Source: Malacoraja senta
Taxonomy: Eukaryota
Length of the DNA: 64,000 nucleotides
Direction of reading: 5' to 3'
Assembly (NCBI GenBank): GCA_038087875.1
Contig: CM075996.1
Location: 8,744,001 to 8,808,000 of the forward strand
Shown here: piece after piece, positions 1 to 11,625 of the stretch
How positions within the stretch are numbered: position 1 is the stretch's first letter
How the letters are laid out: every line of letters begins with the position of its first letter
Notes under the pieces: model-generated
The model's input: the letters and a program-made list of their open reading frames with translations, nothing else
The model's database searches: none
Told to the model about the DNA's origin: nothing
Program-made: the position numbers and the translations under genes

Positions 1-20
1 AGGCAGTATTTAAAGTATTC

Positions 21-645
21 GTTTAGTTTACAGCTAGGAAACAGGCCCTTCGGCCCACCGAGTCCATGCCGACCAGCGATCCCCGCACACTAACACTATC
101 CTACACACACAAGGAGCAATTTCAATTATACCAAGCCAATTTGTCTATAATAGACAGACACAAAATGCTGGAGTAACTCAGCGGGACAGGCAGCATCTCT
201 GGAGAGAAGGAATGGGCGACGTTTCAGGTCAAGATTCTCCTTTGACGAAGGGTCTTGGCCCGAAACGTCACCCATTCCTTCTCTTCAGAGATGCTGCCTG
301 TCCCGCTGAGTTACTCCAGCATTTTGTGTCTAACTTCAGGCATAGGTGGTGGTTGTTGAAGAAGTACAACTAATAAAGGAGGAGATCAGTGCAATGATGA
401 GGAACAATCTTCGCGTTGAAATCTAAGGCACAATGTGAATCACGAGTTGAGTTTTACTGCAGTTCCATTGCTACACAATTAGCCTGCAAACCTGTACGCC
501 TTTGGGGTACAGGAGGAAACCGGAGCTCCCGGAGGCAACCCACACAGGGTCATGGGGAGAGCGTGTAACCTCCATACAGAAAAGCACCCACCGAACCCAG
601 GTCTCCTGAGCTGTGGCGCAGCAACTCTACCGATGCACCACCAAT
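21..645 (-). mobile_element. HE1-like tRNA-derived V-SINE, interrupted at ~145-475 by a PLE palindrome plus captured flank
   Basis: Reverse complement has a tRNA-like head, the V-domain (ggtttcctcc) and a CR1-type tail (gggccgaagggcctgtttcc...taaactaaac). Confidence 0.85.
156..337. mobile_element. Palindromic Penelope-like terminal-repeat (inverted pLTR) insertion
   Basis: agacacaaaatgctggagtaactcagcgggacaggcagcatctctg...cagagatgctgcctgtcccgctgagttactccagcattttgtgtct inverted arms; the same sequence follows GIY-YIG remnants elsewhere in the window. Confidence 0.8.
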
Positions 646-1018
646 TTACTTACCATCGAATATAAAAGTAAGGTTACAGTACAACTTCTTAAATACTACA
701 ATCAAACATTTCATGATAATGTACATATTTTGTGTGACTTTCTCTTGTACTTCCCTATTTCATGAAGAACAATCCCAGTTTATCTGTTGAAACCTTTTGC
801 ATAATTCTATTCTGTAACCTCTCTAAAGGGAAGTTCAGTTTACTCTGAATTTGCTGAAATCTACCTGGAGCTGAGCTTCTTTTAAATAGAGCACAAAGGA
901 AATGCTTTATTAAATAATAACCCATTGAAAGTAAACTTGCGGACTTCCGGTGGCGAGGCGAGCAGATGGCTGTTTAATCTCGAGCTCCCGATAGCAAGTT
1001 TAAAACTAGCCTCCCTTA

Positions 1019-1348
1019 TGGCCCTGTCCCACGGTACGAGTTCATTTAAGAGCTCACCCGAGTTTGCCCTGATTCGAACTCGGAGATTTACGGTAATGGC
1101 CACTCGTCGGTATTCGGGGCTCTCGTGGACATTTTTCAACATGTTGAAAAATCTTCACGAGTCTTCCCGTGCTTACCTGCCGTTAGCGAGTCTTCCCGAG
1201 TACCTGCCGTCAGCGTAACGAGCCGCTAAGAGACATCCACGAGCTCCGATGTACCCGCCACGTACATTCTCCGTGCTTACCACGAGTTTGATTTTTCTTT
1301 AAACTCGGGAGAGCTCTTGGAATGAACTCGCACCGTGGGACAGGGCCA
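1019..1348. mobile_element. PIF/Harbinger-type MITE inserted in the L1 5'UTR
   Basis: TIR TGGCCCTGTCCCACGGT / ACCGTGGGACAGGGCCA; TTA duplicated at 1016-1018 and 1349-1351. Confidence 0.85.
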
Positions 1349-1392
1349 TTAATTCACTAATTGCCACATAATTCGCAGTATTCTGTATTGGA

Positions 1393-2400
1393 ATGAGTGG
1401 GAGAGCGACAACTAGAAGTCAAAAGAAACGTGACGGACGAGAAAGAAAGAATTCACCGGAGATGGACAAAGCTCAAAGCTCAAACGATGAGTCGGCAGAA
1501 ACCATGCGCTCAATGCTCCACAATATCAGTAAGGAAATACGTGACTTCAGGGCTGAATATAAAGTGGACTTACATAAACTTAAAGAATGACTCAAAGAAG
1601 ACATGAAAGCCAAACTCAAAGATCTGAAGCAAGAAATTTACCACAAACTTTCTGCTAACTTCCAACAAATCCATGCCCACGAAACTAGACTAAACAAAGC
1701 AGAGGCACGAATCGAAGAGGTGGAGACAATTAGCATGGCTATGAAAAATGGACTGATTAAATCTATGAAAAAACAGAAAGTCATGCAAGAAAAACTGACT
1801 GATTTGGAAGGACGGTCCCGACGAAATAACATTCGCATCTACGGCGTACCCGAAGAGAAAGAAGGCAAATCCATGTCTGAATTTGTGGAGCAACTTTTGA
1901 AAACTGAACTGGCAATAACAACAGACACCAACGTACAGATCCAGCTTTGGCTCACAAACCGGAATGTAACGCACCACCTGGGTCCATAGTGGTCAATTTC
2001 CTGGAGTTTAATACCAAATAAATGGTGTTGGAAAAGGCCTGGGGAAAGAAGATAATGATTGAAGGGCGACGTCTATCATTTGACCACGACTATGCAACGG
2101 AGGTTGTCCAGAAGCGCAAGGCATATAAGGGAATAAAGAGGGCCCTGAAGGAGAGAGGTGTCCGCTTCCAGACCCCGCTGGACAAGATGCGCACTGGGAC
2201 TCAGGAACATGCACATATCATAGTGCACAAGACGCAGCGCAGGAGCTGAGGAGGAGAGGCTACTCCGTGGAGACACCAGATTACAGCTCTGAGGAGCTGG
2301 CGGACCCAGAGATGGAGCGTCTTCTCCAGGCTATGACATGGCAGAGAGTTGGAAAGAGGAGCGAAGACGGGTGAGACAGCAAGAGAGCGACTACAGGAGT
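1393..2400 (+). pseudogene. L1 ORF1p, disrupted by stops and frameshifts
   Basis: ORFs 1393-1590, 1603-1989 and 2022-2249 join into an L1 ORF1-like protein (RRNNIRIYGVPE, FDHDY). Confidence 0.85.
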
Positions 2401-2595
2401 CTGAGCAGACCCCATCCAACTAGCTTTTATTGTGTCACGACTTCTTTTGGACTGGAAAATAAGTGCTATCGGATGACGTTGGACAATACTAGGATGCGTG
2501 AAATGGAATGTTTCACCTCTAGTGAGGGGCCCTCTGGGAGGAGGTTTTCCCCTCTACCTGCCAACGGGGACTCAGGGTGGCAAAGAATCACCCTT

Positions 2596-2961
2596 TGGGA
2601 CGACAGATGGCGCAATGGGCTAAGTGTTCGGCTGGCAACCGGAAGGTAGCCGGTTCGAATCCCGCTTGGAGTGCATACTGTCGTTGTGTCCTTGGGCAAG
2701 ACACTTCACCCACCTATGCCTGCGTGTGAATGTGTGTGAATGTGTGTGAATGTGTGTGAGTGATTGGTGGTGGTCGGAGGGGCCGTAGGCGCAGATTAGC
2801 AGCCACGCTTCCGTCAGTCTGCCCCAGGGCAGCTGTGGCTACAGAAGTAGCTCACCACCACCGAGTGTGACTGAGGAGTGAATGAATAATGCGATGTAAA
2901 GCGCCTTGAGTATTAGAAAGGCGCTATATAAATCCCATCCATTATTATTATTATTATTATT
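2596..2961 (+). mobile_element. tRNA-derived CORE-type SINE with L2-like tail, (ATT)n end and 14-bp TSD
   Basis: A/B boxes (tggcgcaatgg, ggttcgaatcc), CORE-like tgtgtccttgggcaagacactt, tail gtaaagcgccttgag...aaggcgctatataaat; TSD aaagaatcaccctt at 2582-2595 and 2962-2975. Confidence 0.85.
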
Positions 2962-3109
2962 AAAGAATCACCCTTACTTACAAGTCAACTGTTTTCCCTT
3001 TTAAAAAAAAAAAATTCTTTATTTGACACATGTTGTCCAGATGTTCAGACCTGCACAGTTCCAAGTTATCTGGAGATTTATGAATGCAATACAGGATTAG
3101 GTAAATTAA

Positions 3110-4150
3110 ATGTCACATAATACTATTAAATTGGTGTCACTCAATGTAAATGGGATGAATAATCCAGTTAAAAGGAGCAAGGTCCTGGCTAAACTGAAAA
3201 AAGAAAAGGCTCAGGTACTATTTTTTACAAGAAACCCACCTGCCACAACAAGAACATGAGAAATTAAAACGCTTTGGCTTTAGAAATGCATTTTATAGTT
3301 CCTATAAAACTAGCCAAAAGAGGGGAGTGGCTATCCTTATCACAAATGCAGTCCATTTGAATGCCATAAAGAAGTCAGGGGACAAAGAGGGAAGGTATGT
3401 ATTAGTTAAAGGAAAGCTGGAAAACAAAGTAGTGACACTGATCAATGTATATGCCCCCCCAGAGAGTACCAAATGTTTTTTCAAAACTCTGTTTGACATT
3501 ATTGCTTTAGAGACTGAAGGTATTTTGATATGTGGAGGGGACTTCAATGTGGTTATGAATCATAATTTGGATACAACAAGCCTAAAAAAAACAAGATGCA
3601 TCTGACCAAGTTTATTTACACATCAGTGCAGGAAATGGGCCTAATTGATGTTTGGAGAGAACTTCACCCTTTAGAAAGGGACTATACACACTATTCAGTA
3701 CCTCACGCAGTCTACTCCAGGATTGACTACTTTTTAATGAATACGGGTGAAAGACACAGGATCACAGAGTTTAAAATCGGGGTGGCAGATGTATCTGATC
3801 ACAGTGCGATCAGCTTGACAGTACACCTGAATAGTAGAAAAAGAAATACTGTTTGGAGGCTCAATGTGGGTATTTTCAATGGTAAGGCAAATGTGGAACA
3901 AATAAGGGAAGAGATAAAAAGGTACATAGAAGAGAATGATAACAGAGATGTGGATTCTGTAATACTGTGGGATGCTATGAAGGCAGTTATACGTGGAAAG
4001 CTGATCGCCCTGACAGCTTTCCAGATAGCCCGGCTAGCTACATATGAACATAAAGTAGAAAAATTGAAAGAATTGGAGAAAAAACTTAAAAACATACAGG
4101 ATCAGTTGGTACTGAAACAGTTTAAGGAAATAAGGGGGGGAGATAGATGA
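3110..4150 (+). pseudogene. L1 ORF2 APE endonuclease region, frameshifted
   Basis: ORFs 3327-3605 and 3596-4150 carry APE motifs and the WRLN / LWDAMKAVIRG motifs. Confidence 0.85.
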
Positions 4151-4179
4151 GATCCTCAGGGGAGCTATGGAAAAAAGGG

Positions 4180-4540
4180 TCGGGGGGCGTCGAGAACTAT
4201 GGGGGACTGGGGTCGGAGAGGGGGGGGGGGGCGTAGGGTAGAGAACCTAGGGGCCTGGCCCACTTTCACGACCTAATTCACGACCTTTTTTACTCGTGGA
4301 CATTTTTCATCAGGCTAGAAAAACGCCCCGACCTACTTGATGCCACGAGTACCTACGTCTAGCATCACGGCCTGCCACGACCTACCTACAACCTCGTGAC
4401 GACCATGCTGCGAGTATGAATCAAGGGCAAACTCGGCAGAGGTGGTGAATTAGGTCATGAAAGCGGGACAGGCCCTTAAGGGGAACTGGGGTCGGAGAGG
4501 GGGGGTCGAGAACTAAGGGGGAAGAGGGGGGGGGACCATT
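4180..4540 (+). repeat. G-rich degenerate tandem repeat (unit gtcgagaactatgggggactggggtcggagagg...), interrupted by a MITE
   Basis: Unit recurs at ~4188, ~4240/4480 and ~4505. Confidence 0.6.
4250..4476. mobile_element. PIF/Harbinger-type MITE
   Basis: gggcctggcccactttcacgacctaattcac ... gtgaattaggtcatgaaagcgggacaggccct followed by TAA. Confidence 0.75.
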
Positions 4541-4884
4541 GGGGATAAAAAAGGGGTACCTTGTAACTTTGTTGACGCCCTTTACGTGGCAACTCATTGT
4601 ATGCTTAGGGATGTGACACAAAGCATCTCACTGTGACTCGTTACATGTAACAGTAAAAGTCTCTAATTTAATCTAATCTATCTTTGTCTTTCTTTTTTTT
4701 TTACAGCATTCTTTCTTTTCCCCTCTCCCGTCAGGAGGAAGATTCAAGAGCTTGAAAGTGCATGACACCAGACTCAGGAACAACTTATCCCCGCAGTTAT
4801 CAGTCTTTTGACTGACCTCTCCCATGCGAGGGATGAATTTCTACTTTAACCTGCATTTTCTCTGCAGCGGCAACACTATATTCG

Positions 4885-5190
4885 GTGCAGGAAGGAACTG
4901 CAGTAGCTGGTTTACACCAAAGATGGATGCAAAGTGCTGGAATAACTCAGCAGGTCATGCAGCATCTCTAGAGAAAAGGAATAGGTGACGATTCGGGTCG
5001 AGAGACCCTTCGTCAGACTGAGACCCAGGGGAGAGGAAAATTAGAGGGATGAAAAGGTACGTATCAAAGAGCCGGCAGCGATGACCATAGGAATAAGATG
5101 TGGTCGCAGAGCTGGAGAGCAGGACAAATCACGAGAGGAAGCAATGAGAGAGTGTGTTGCAGAACCCCTGTCGGAGAGAGGAGGAGAACT
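4885..5190 (-). mobile_element. Penelope-like 3' fragment
   Basis: ggaaggaactgcag...cgggtcgagagacccttcgtcagactgag pLTR motif. Confidence 0.65.
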
Positions 5191-5478
5191 TGGGCGGCAC
5201 GGTAGAGTTGCTGCCTTACAGCGCCAGAGACCCGGGTTCGATCCTGACTATGGGTGCTGTCATTACGGAGTTTGTACGCTCTCCCCGTGACCTGCGCGGA
5301 TTTTCTCTGAGACCTTTGCTTCCCTCCCACAATCTAAAGACGTGCAGGTTGTAGGTTAATTGGCTTGGTGTAAATGTAAATTGTCCCTAGTGTGTGTAGG
5401 ATAGTGTTAGTGTGCGGGGGTGGCAGGTTGGTGCGGACTTGGTGGTCAAAGGGCCTGTTTCTGTGCTGTATCTCGAAC
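5191..5478 (+). mobile_element. HE1-like V-SINE
   Basis: Head ggcggcacggtagagttgctgccttacagcgccagagacccgggttcgatcc, V-domain and tail. Confidence 0.85.
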
Positions 5479-5539
5479 CAAAAAACGATTATTATAATAC
5501 AATTGTATTATCTAAATGGTGTCAAGTTCTGAAAAAGGG

Positions 5540-6272
5540 AAGTACAACGGGATCTGGGTGTCCTCGTTCATCAGTCACTGAAAGTAAGCATGCAGGTACA
5601 GCAGGCAGCGAAGAAAGCTAATGTCATGTTGGCTTTCATAACAAGAGTAGTTGAGTATAGGAGCAAAGAGGTCCTTCTGCAGTTGCACAGGGCCCTAGTG
5701 AGACCACACCTGGAGTATTGTGTGCAGTTTTGGTCTACAAATTTGAGGAAGGACATTCTTGCTGTTGAGGGAGTGCTGCGTAGGTTCACGAGGTTAATTC
5801 TCGGGATGGCGGGACTGTCATATGCTGAGAGAATGGAGTGACTGGACTTGTATACACTGGAATTTAGAAGGATGAGAGGGGATCTGATTGAAACATATAA
5901 GATTATTAAGGGATTGGACCCGCTCGAGGCAGGGAACATGTTCCCGATGATGGGGGAGTCCAGAACCAGGAGCCACAGTTTAAGAATAAGAGGTAGGCAA
6001 TTTAGAACGGAGACGAGGAAAAACGTTTTCACCCAGAGTTGTGAATCTGTGGAATTCTCTGCCTCAGAAAGCAGTGGAGGCCAATTCTCTGGATATTCAA
6101 CTTCTCTGGATATTCCAATTCAACTTCCTACGTAGAGCTCTTAAGGATAGCGGAGTCAAGGGATATGGGGAGAAGGCAGGAACAGGGTACTGATTGTGGA
6201 TGATCAGCCTTGATTACATTGAATGGCGGTGCTGGCTCGAAGCGCCGAATGGCCTACTCCTGTCTATTGTCT
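5540..6272 (+). mobile_element. CR1 (HER1-like) LINE 3' fragment
   Basis: LVRPHLEYCVQFWS and RRMRGDLIETYKI; tail ggcctactcctgtctattgtc. Confidence 0.9.
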
Positions 6273-7042
6273 AAAAACGAAACTTCTTCATGCAGGAGGA
6301 ATCTATACCGCTTATTCAGTACTGTTTATTTTTCTATTTTGCACTACCCCTTGTACTCGTTGATGATACAACTTCCCTGGATTGCACATAAAATAAAGTA
6401 TTTTACTGCATCAAGAGTGTTTAATTGTCAATAATGCTGGAGAAATTCAGCGGGGCAGGCAGCATCTCTGGAGAGAAGGATTTGTGCATCCAGCATTTGG
6501 TGTCTATCTTCGATTGAAGCCAGCATCTGCAGTTCCTTCCTGCACACGTGTTTCATTGTCATATGTACCAACAAGGAAACAGCTTAAAACAGCCCCCCTA
6601 ACGCAAAACACACTGAGAATATTATAATTTAAACATGACAATAATAAGCCATTACTAATATTAAACACACTCACAGGATAAGCAATCCAACATCCTCTTC
6701 CTGGTCATTATCCCCAACAAATGCTCCGGTTACACTCAGCCCAAAATGGACCAGCCGCATTTGTATGCCGACACCAGATTCACAAAATCAACACACTGGT
6801 CTATTTTGGGAATCAGGTTTCTGCCATACAAATTATGTGGCCATCAAGCACGCTGAAAGTGTTTTTAAAAGACTCTTTCCCCGACTCCTGGAAGAAAGCG
6901 GCATTTAGGATGAGTCTCCACTTTAGAAGCACACAAGAGCACACACCGTAAACGTTGGAAGCTTGCGTGCGACCCACTCTGTGCACCAGCTGTGGTAGCA
7001 AACTGCAGGTCCTACACACAGGCCTGATCAACCAGCTCAGAG

Positions 7043-7250
7043 GATGGACACAAAATGCTGGAGTAACTCAGCGGGACAGGCAGCATCTTTGGAGAGAAGG
7101 AATGGGTGACGTTTCGGGTCGAGGCCCTTCTTCTGTCCCAACCTGAAACGTCACCCATTCCTTCTCTCCAGAGATGCTGCCTGTCCCGTTGAGTTACTCC
7201 AGCATTTTGTGTCTATCTTCGGGGTAAACCAGCATCTGCAGTTCCTTACT
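7043..7250. mobile_element. Palindromic PLE terminal insertion
   Basis: Inverted arms as at 156-337. Confidence 0.8.
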
Positions 7251-7276
7251 ACTCAACCACCTTAGAATAGCTCTGT

Positions 7277-7572
7277 GTTTAGTTTAGTTTAGAGATACAG
7301 TGTGGAAACAGGCTCTTCGGCCCACCGAGTCCGCACCGACCACCGATCTCCGTACATTAATACGACCCTAGGGACACACTAGAGACAATTTTACATTTAT
7401 ACAAGCCTGCACATCTTTGGCATGTCGGAGGAAACCGAAGATCTCGGAGAAAACCCATGCCGGTCACGGGGAGAAGGTAGAAACTCCGTACAGACAGCAC
7501 CCATAGTCAGGATCGAACTCGGGTATCTGGCGCTGCAAGGCAGTAGCTCTACCGTTGCACCACCGTGCCGCC
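7277..7572 (-). mobile_element. HE1-like V-SINE
   Basis: Full head, V-domain and tail in reverse orientation. Confidence 0.85.
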
Positions 7573-7611
7573 CAAGTCCTAATGCCTCAGTAATGTAGAG
7601 CATTCGAACGA

Positions 7612-7978
7612 ATGGCACAGGAACAGGCCTTCAAGCCACTATGCCTGTGCCAAACATGATGCCAAGCTAAACTAATCTCCTCTACCTGTACAAGATGCAT
7701 GCCCCTCTGTACCCTGCATATCCACATGCCTATCTACACAAGTCTCTGAAACACCACCACTCCTGGCAGAGCATTCCAGGCACCCACCACTTTCTGTGTA
7801 ATCACCTTTCCCCACAAATCTCCTTTAAGCTTAAGGCAATGCCCTCTAGTCTTGGACATTTCCATCCTGGGAAGGTTCTGACTGTCTACCCTATCTATGC
7901 CTCTCATAAGTTTATACACTTCTATCACGTGCCCCGTCAATCTCCAGCATTCCGGAGAAAACATGCCAAGTCTGTCCA
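7612..7978 (-). mobile_element. Old CR1 3' fragment
   Basis: IEVYKLMRGIDRVD...KTRGH...VVGAWNALP. Confidence 0.75.
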
Positions 7979-8459
7979 GTTCAGTTCAGTTTAGTTTATT
8001 GTGTACAGAGGTACAGTGGAAAGCTTTTGTATAGGAAGAAGTGTCTCGACCCGAAACGTCGCCCATTCCTTCTATCCAGAGATGCCCCACTGAGTTACCC
8101 CAGCATTTTGTGTCTATCTTCGGTAAAAAAGCTTTTGTTGCGTGCTAACCAGCCAGTGGAAAGACAATATATAATTACAATCGAGCCATTTGTTGTGTAC
8201 AGATACATGATAAGGGAATAACATGCAACTTCTCCGTATATCGGCTCTGCATTCTTTCACATCCTTCCTGTAATGTCGCAACCAGAATTGCACACAATAC
8301 CCCAATTGCGGCCAAACCGAAAGTCCGATAAAGCTGCATCATGATTTCTTTATTCTTATACTCAATGCCCCAACCAATGAAGGCAAGCAGACCATGTGCC
8401 TACTTTAGCACTCTATCTACTTGTGTTGCCACTTTTAAGGAGCTACTGGACTTGGACTT

Positions 8460-8970
8460 GGATTCTTGCAATTGAGGGAGTGCAGCGTAGGTTTACAAGG
8501 TTAATTCCCGGGATGGCGGGACTGTCATATGCTGAGAGAATGGAGCAGCTGGGCTTATACACTCTGGAGTTTAGAAGGATGAGAGGGCATCTCATTGAAA
8601 CATATAAGATTGTTAAGGGCTTGGACACGCTATAGGCAGGAAATATGTTCCCGATGTTGGGGGAGACCAGAACCAGGGGCCACAGTTTAAGAATAAGGAG
8701 TAAGCCATTTGGAACGGAGATGAGGAGACTTTTTCGCACAGAGAGTGGTGAGTCTGTGGAATTCTCAGCCTCAGAGGGCGGTGGAGGCCGGTTCTCTGGA
8801 TGCTTTCAAGAGAGAGCTAGATAGAGCTCTTAAACATAGCGGAGTCAGGGGATATGGGGAGGCAGGAAAGGGGTTCTGATTGGGGATGATCAGCCATGAT
8901 CACATTGAATGGCGGTGCTGGCTCGAAGGGCCAAATGGCCTACTCCTGCACCTATTGTCTATTGTCTATT
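8460..8970 (+). mobile_element. CR1 3' fragment nested in an older antisense CR1 (~8225-9025)
   Basis: ILAIEGVQRRFTRLIPGM; (ctattgt)n tail. Confidence 0.85.
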
Positions 8971-9107
8971 GACCCCAACATTAATGTTGTTAAGGGTCTT
9001 GCCATAAACTGCATACTTCCCTCTTCAACTAGCACCCCCTAGTTTTATGCTCCGCTGAGGAGAAACGTCTTTCACTGCCCAAAGCCCCCCTCAAACTATG
9101 TTGCAAA

Positions 9108-9415
9108 GGGCCTCCTCCATGGCCAGAGTGAGTCCCACCGCAGATTGGAGGAGCAGCACCTCATATTTCGCTTAGGTAGTTTACACCCCAGCGGTATGAA
9201 CATTGACTTCTCCAATTTCAGGTAGTCCTTGCTTTCTCCCTCCTTCCCAGCTCTCCCACAGCCCACTGTCTCCGCCCCTTCCTTTCCTCTTCCCGTCCCC
9301 CCTCCCTATCTCCACATCAGTCTGAAGAAGGGTCCTGTCCTGAAATGTCACCCATTCCTTCCCTCCATAGATGCTACCTCATCCACTGAGTTACTTCAGC
9401 TTTTTGTCTACCTTG
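9108..9415 (+). mobile_element. Penelope-like 3' end (GIY-YIG C-terminus plus pLTR)
   Basis: Translates QSESHRRLEEQHLIFRLGSLHPSGMNIDFSNFR*, then ctgaagaagggtcctgtcctgaaatgtc. Confidence 0.85.
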
Positions 9416-9566
9416 TGCTTCAATAAGATCTCTTCTCATTTTTCTAAACTTTAACATGTGTATATTCTTTCAGAATCCACAGGACTAGAGTGGAAGCAGA
9501 GCACCCGTATAAGGAGAGACTTTTTAGTGGTGATAGTTTGCACGGGAGTGCTGTTTGGTAGCACTG

Positions 9567-10650
9567 CAGTAAACCCAAGTTACAACATTCGATGGGGTGG
9601 GCAATAGAGTCTGTAGTTGGTGACTGTCCGCTATAACTGAGTCAGGTATGTAGTAAAAAAGTACTGCAGATGCTGGTTAACACACAAAAGGACACAAAGT
9701 GCTAGAGTAATTCAGCAGGTCGGGCAGCATCTCTGGAGAACATGGATAGGTGACGTTTCAGGTCGGGATCCTCCCTCAGACTGATTCGGTCTGCTGCGTT
9801 ATTCCACATTTTGCGTCGTTTCACCTTAAAACTAGGCGCAGATGCTGTTGGTCTGCACCAGAGAAATCTTCACCAGCTGCCTCGCCGTGCCGTAGACGCG
9901 GCTATTGTTGCGGCTCACATTGTGGCCCCGACAAGACGCGCTTTCTTCGGGTCATCTCCACCAACAGGACGCGCTCGGTCACCGTGGGGTCTGCTCACTG
10001 GTCCACCACCGCCACCTCCTCCTTCTTCTCCCTTCAAAGGTGGAGTATGTCAGTGACTCCAGGGGAGAAGGAGGAGGAGGAGGAGGAGGAGAGGGGGTGA
10101 GGAGGAGCCGAGTAGACAAAGCGACGGGAGGAGGCGCTGGCGATGGTGAGGCTGGGAGTGGACAAAGCAGGAGGAGGCGGAGAGACCAAGTGGACAAACG
10201 GGTAGCTGACAAGAAGAAGCGGCAACTGGCGAGTGGGGAGTGAGCTCCACCGTGACCAAGCGAGCTTTGTTTAGTTTAGATACAGCGTGGAAACAGGCCC
10301 TTCGGCCCACTGAGTCCGCACCGACCAGCGATCCCAGCACACTAACGCTATCCTACACACATTAAGGACAATTTACACTTATACCAAGCCAATTAACCTA
10401 CAAACCTGTGCGTCTTTGGAGTGTGGGAGGAAACCGAAGATCTCGGAGAAAACCCACGTGGTTACGGGGAGAACGTACAAATTCCCTAGACAGCACCCGT
10501 AGTCGGTATCGGACCCGGGTCTCCGGCGCTGCAAGTGCTGTAAGGCAGCAACGTTACCGCTGCGCCACCGTGTTCTGTCGGTAGCTGTGGTATGTCCACC
10601 TGCTATAACCAAAATCCGTTAAACAGGGGTTTGTTAAAGCGAGTTTACTG
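9567..10650. mobile_element. Old Tc1/pogo (Tigger-like) non-autonomous element with a GC-rich interior, carrying a nested PLE and V-SINE
   Basis: Ends CAGTAAAC... and ...GTTTACTG|TA; subterminal (c/t)gctataac repeats. Confidence 0.5.
10267..10572 (-). mobile_element. HE1-like V-SINE
   Basis: Full length in reverse orientation. Confidence 0.85.
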
Positions 10651-11625
10651 TATTGTTAACACCCACATTGCTAATGAGCAAAGACTGGTGGTCATTAGTC
10701 TGCATTCAGCAATTCCCAAGTAACTACTGAAATTCACACGGTGTCAAGTGCTGCTCTCAACCTCTCTCCGACTCGTCCATCGCCATTGTCTTCTCTGTGC
10801 AGTTCCACTTCATCCTTCTGCATCCAATACTGTAATAACTTTCCTCCGTCTGTTTGAGTATCAAGTCCAACAGCAGTTCAAATATTCTTGTGGCTTTCTC
10901 CAGCCCTTCCCATCGCCACTCAGTTAAATTTGCTAATTTTTCACCATCACTTTTGATCTGCCTGTCCCTGGTCCCAAACAATCACCCCTCGATGTAGTCC
11001 TCAGCTTGATCCTCTTACAGTCCCATTTCCATATGTTCCACGTCTAAGGAAGGAGAAACCAACATCGTGTTAGACCTGGAACCTATTGAGATGGGACTGA
11101 AAAGATGGGATAAGTGCTGGAGAAACTCAGAGGGTGCAGCAGCATAAATTGGCAGAATAAGTAGCCCTATTGGATTTGTTTGGATTTTTCTTATCAGCTT
11201 GTAGGGATGAGCAATGCAATGACTTGATAGTGATGAATAATCACAGCCTCAGGCCATTGCTACTGGAGTTCGGTCTCTTAAGCCCATCTATCTACAGATG
11301 ATTCCTGCACATTTAATACATTTTACACGTTCCACCCATACTAATCAAACTCCACACAGACAGCACCCCAGGTCAGGAACCAACCTCGATAATTTGCGCT
11401 GTGAGGCAACAACTCCAACAGCCACTGTGGAATAGTGATTCACCAGTTAATGGAACTGGCATATGGGTGATCTCCAGAGATCTTCTAACCCTTCCTGATA
11501 TTATTTGAATCTCCCACCATTAATTTATTTCAGGGCAATGTGTGGGGTGGCACGGTGGCGTAGCGGTAGAGTTGCTGTCAGAGACCTGGGTTCGATCCCC
11601 ACTATGGTGATGTCTGTACGGAGTT

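Larger units (their letters stand above)
941..4170 (+). mobile_element. L1-clade LINE, 5' part (5'UTR, ORF1, ORF2 endonuclease), degenerate and 3'-truncated
   Basis: Starts ggacttccgg; ORF1 has coiled coil plus LEGRSRRNNIRIYGVPE; ORF2 has APE motifs SLNVNG, INVYAP, GGDFN, YSRIDYF, SDH. Confidence 0.9.

Noticed and set aside
5191..5270. tRNA-like sequences at SINE heads
   Set aside because: They continue into the V-domain and LINE tail and lack a full cloverleaf, so they are SINE heads and not tRNA genes
9750..10340. GC-rich overlapping ORFs with poly-E/P/G
   Set aside because: Low complexity, no recognisable domain, and lies within a probable non-autonomous DNA transposon
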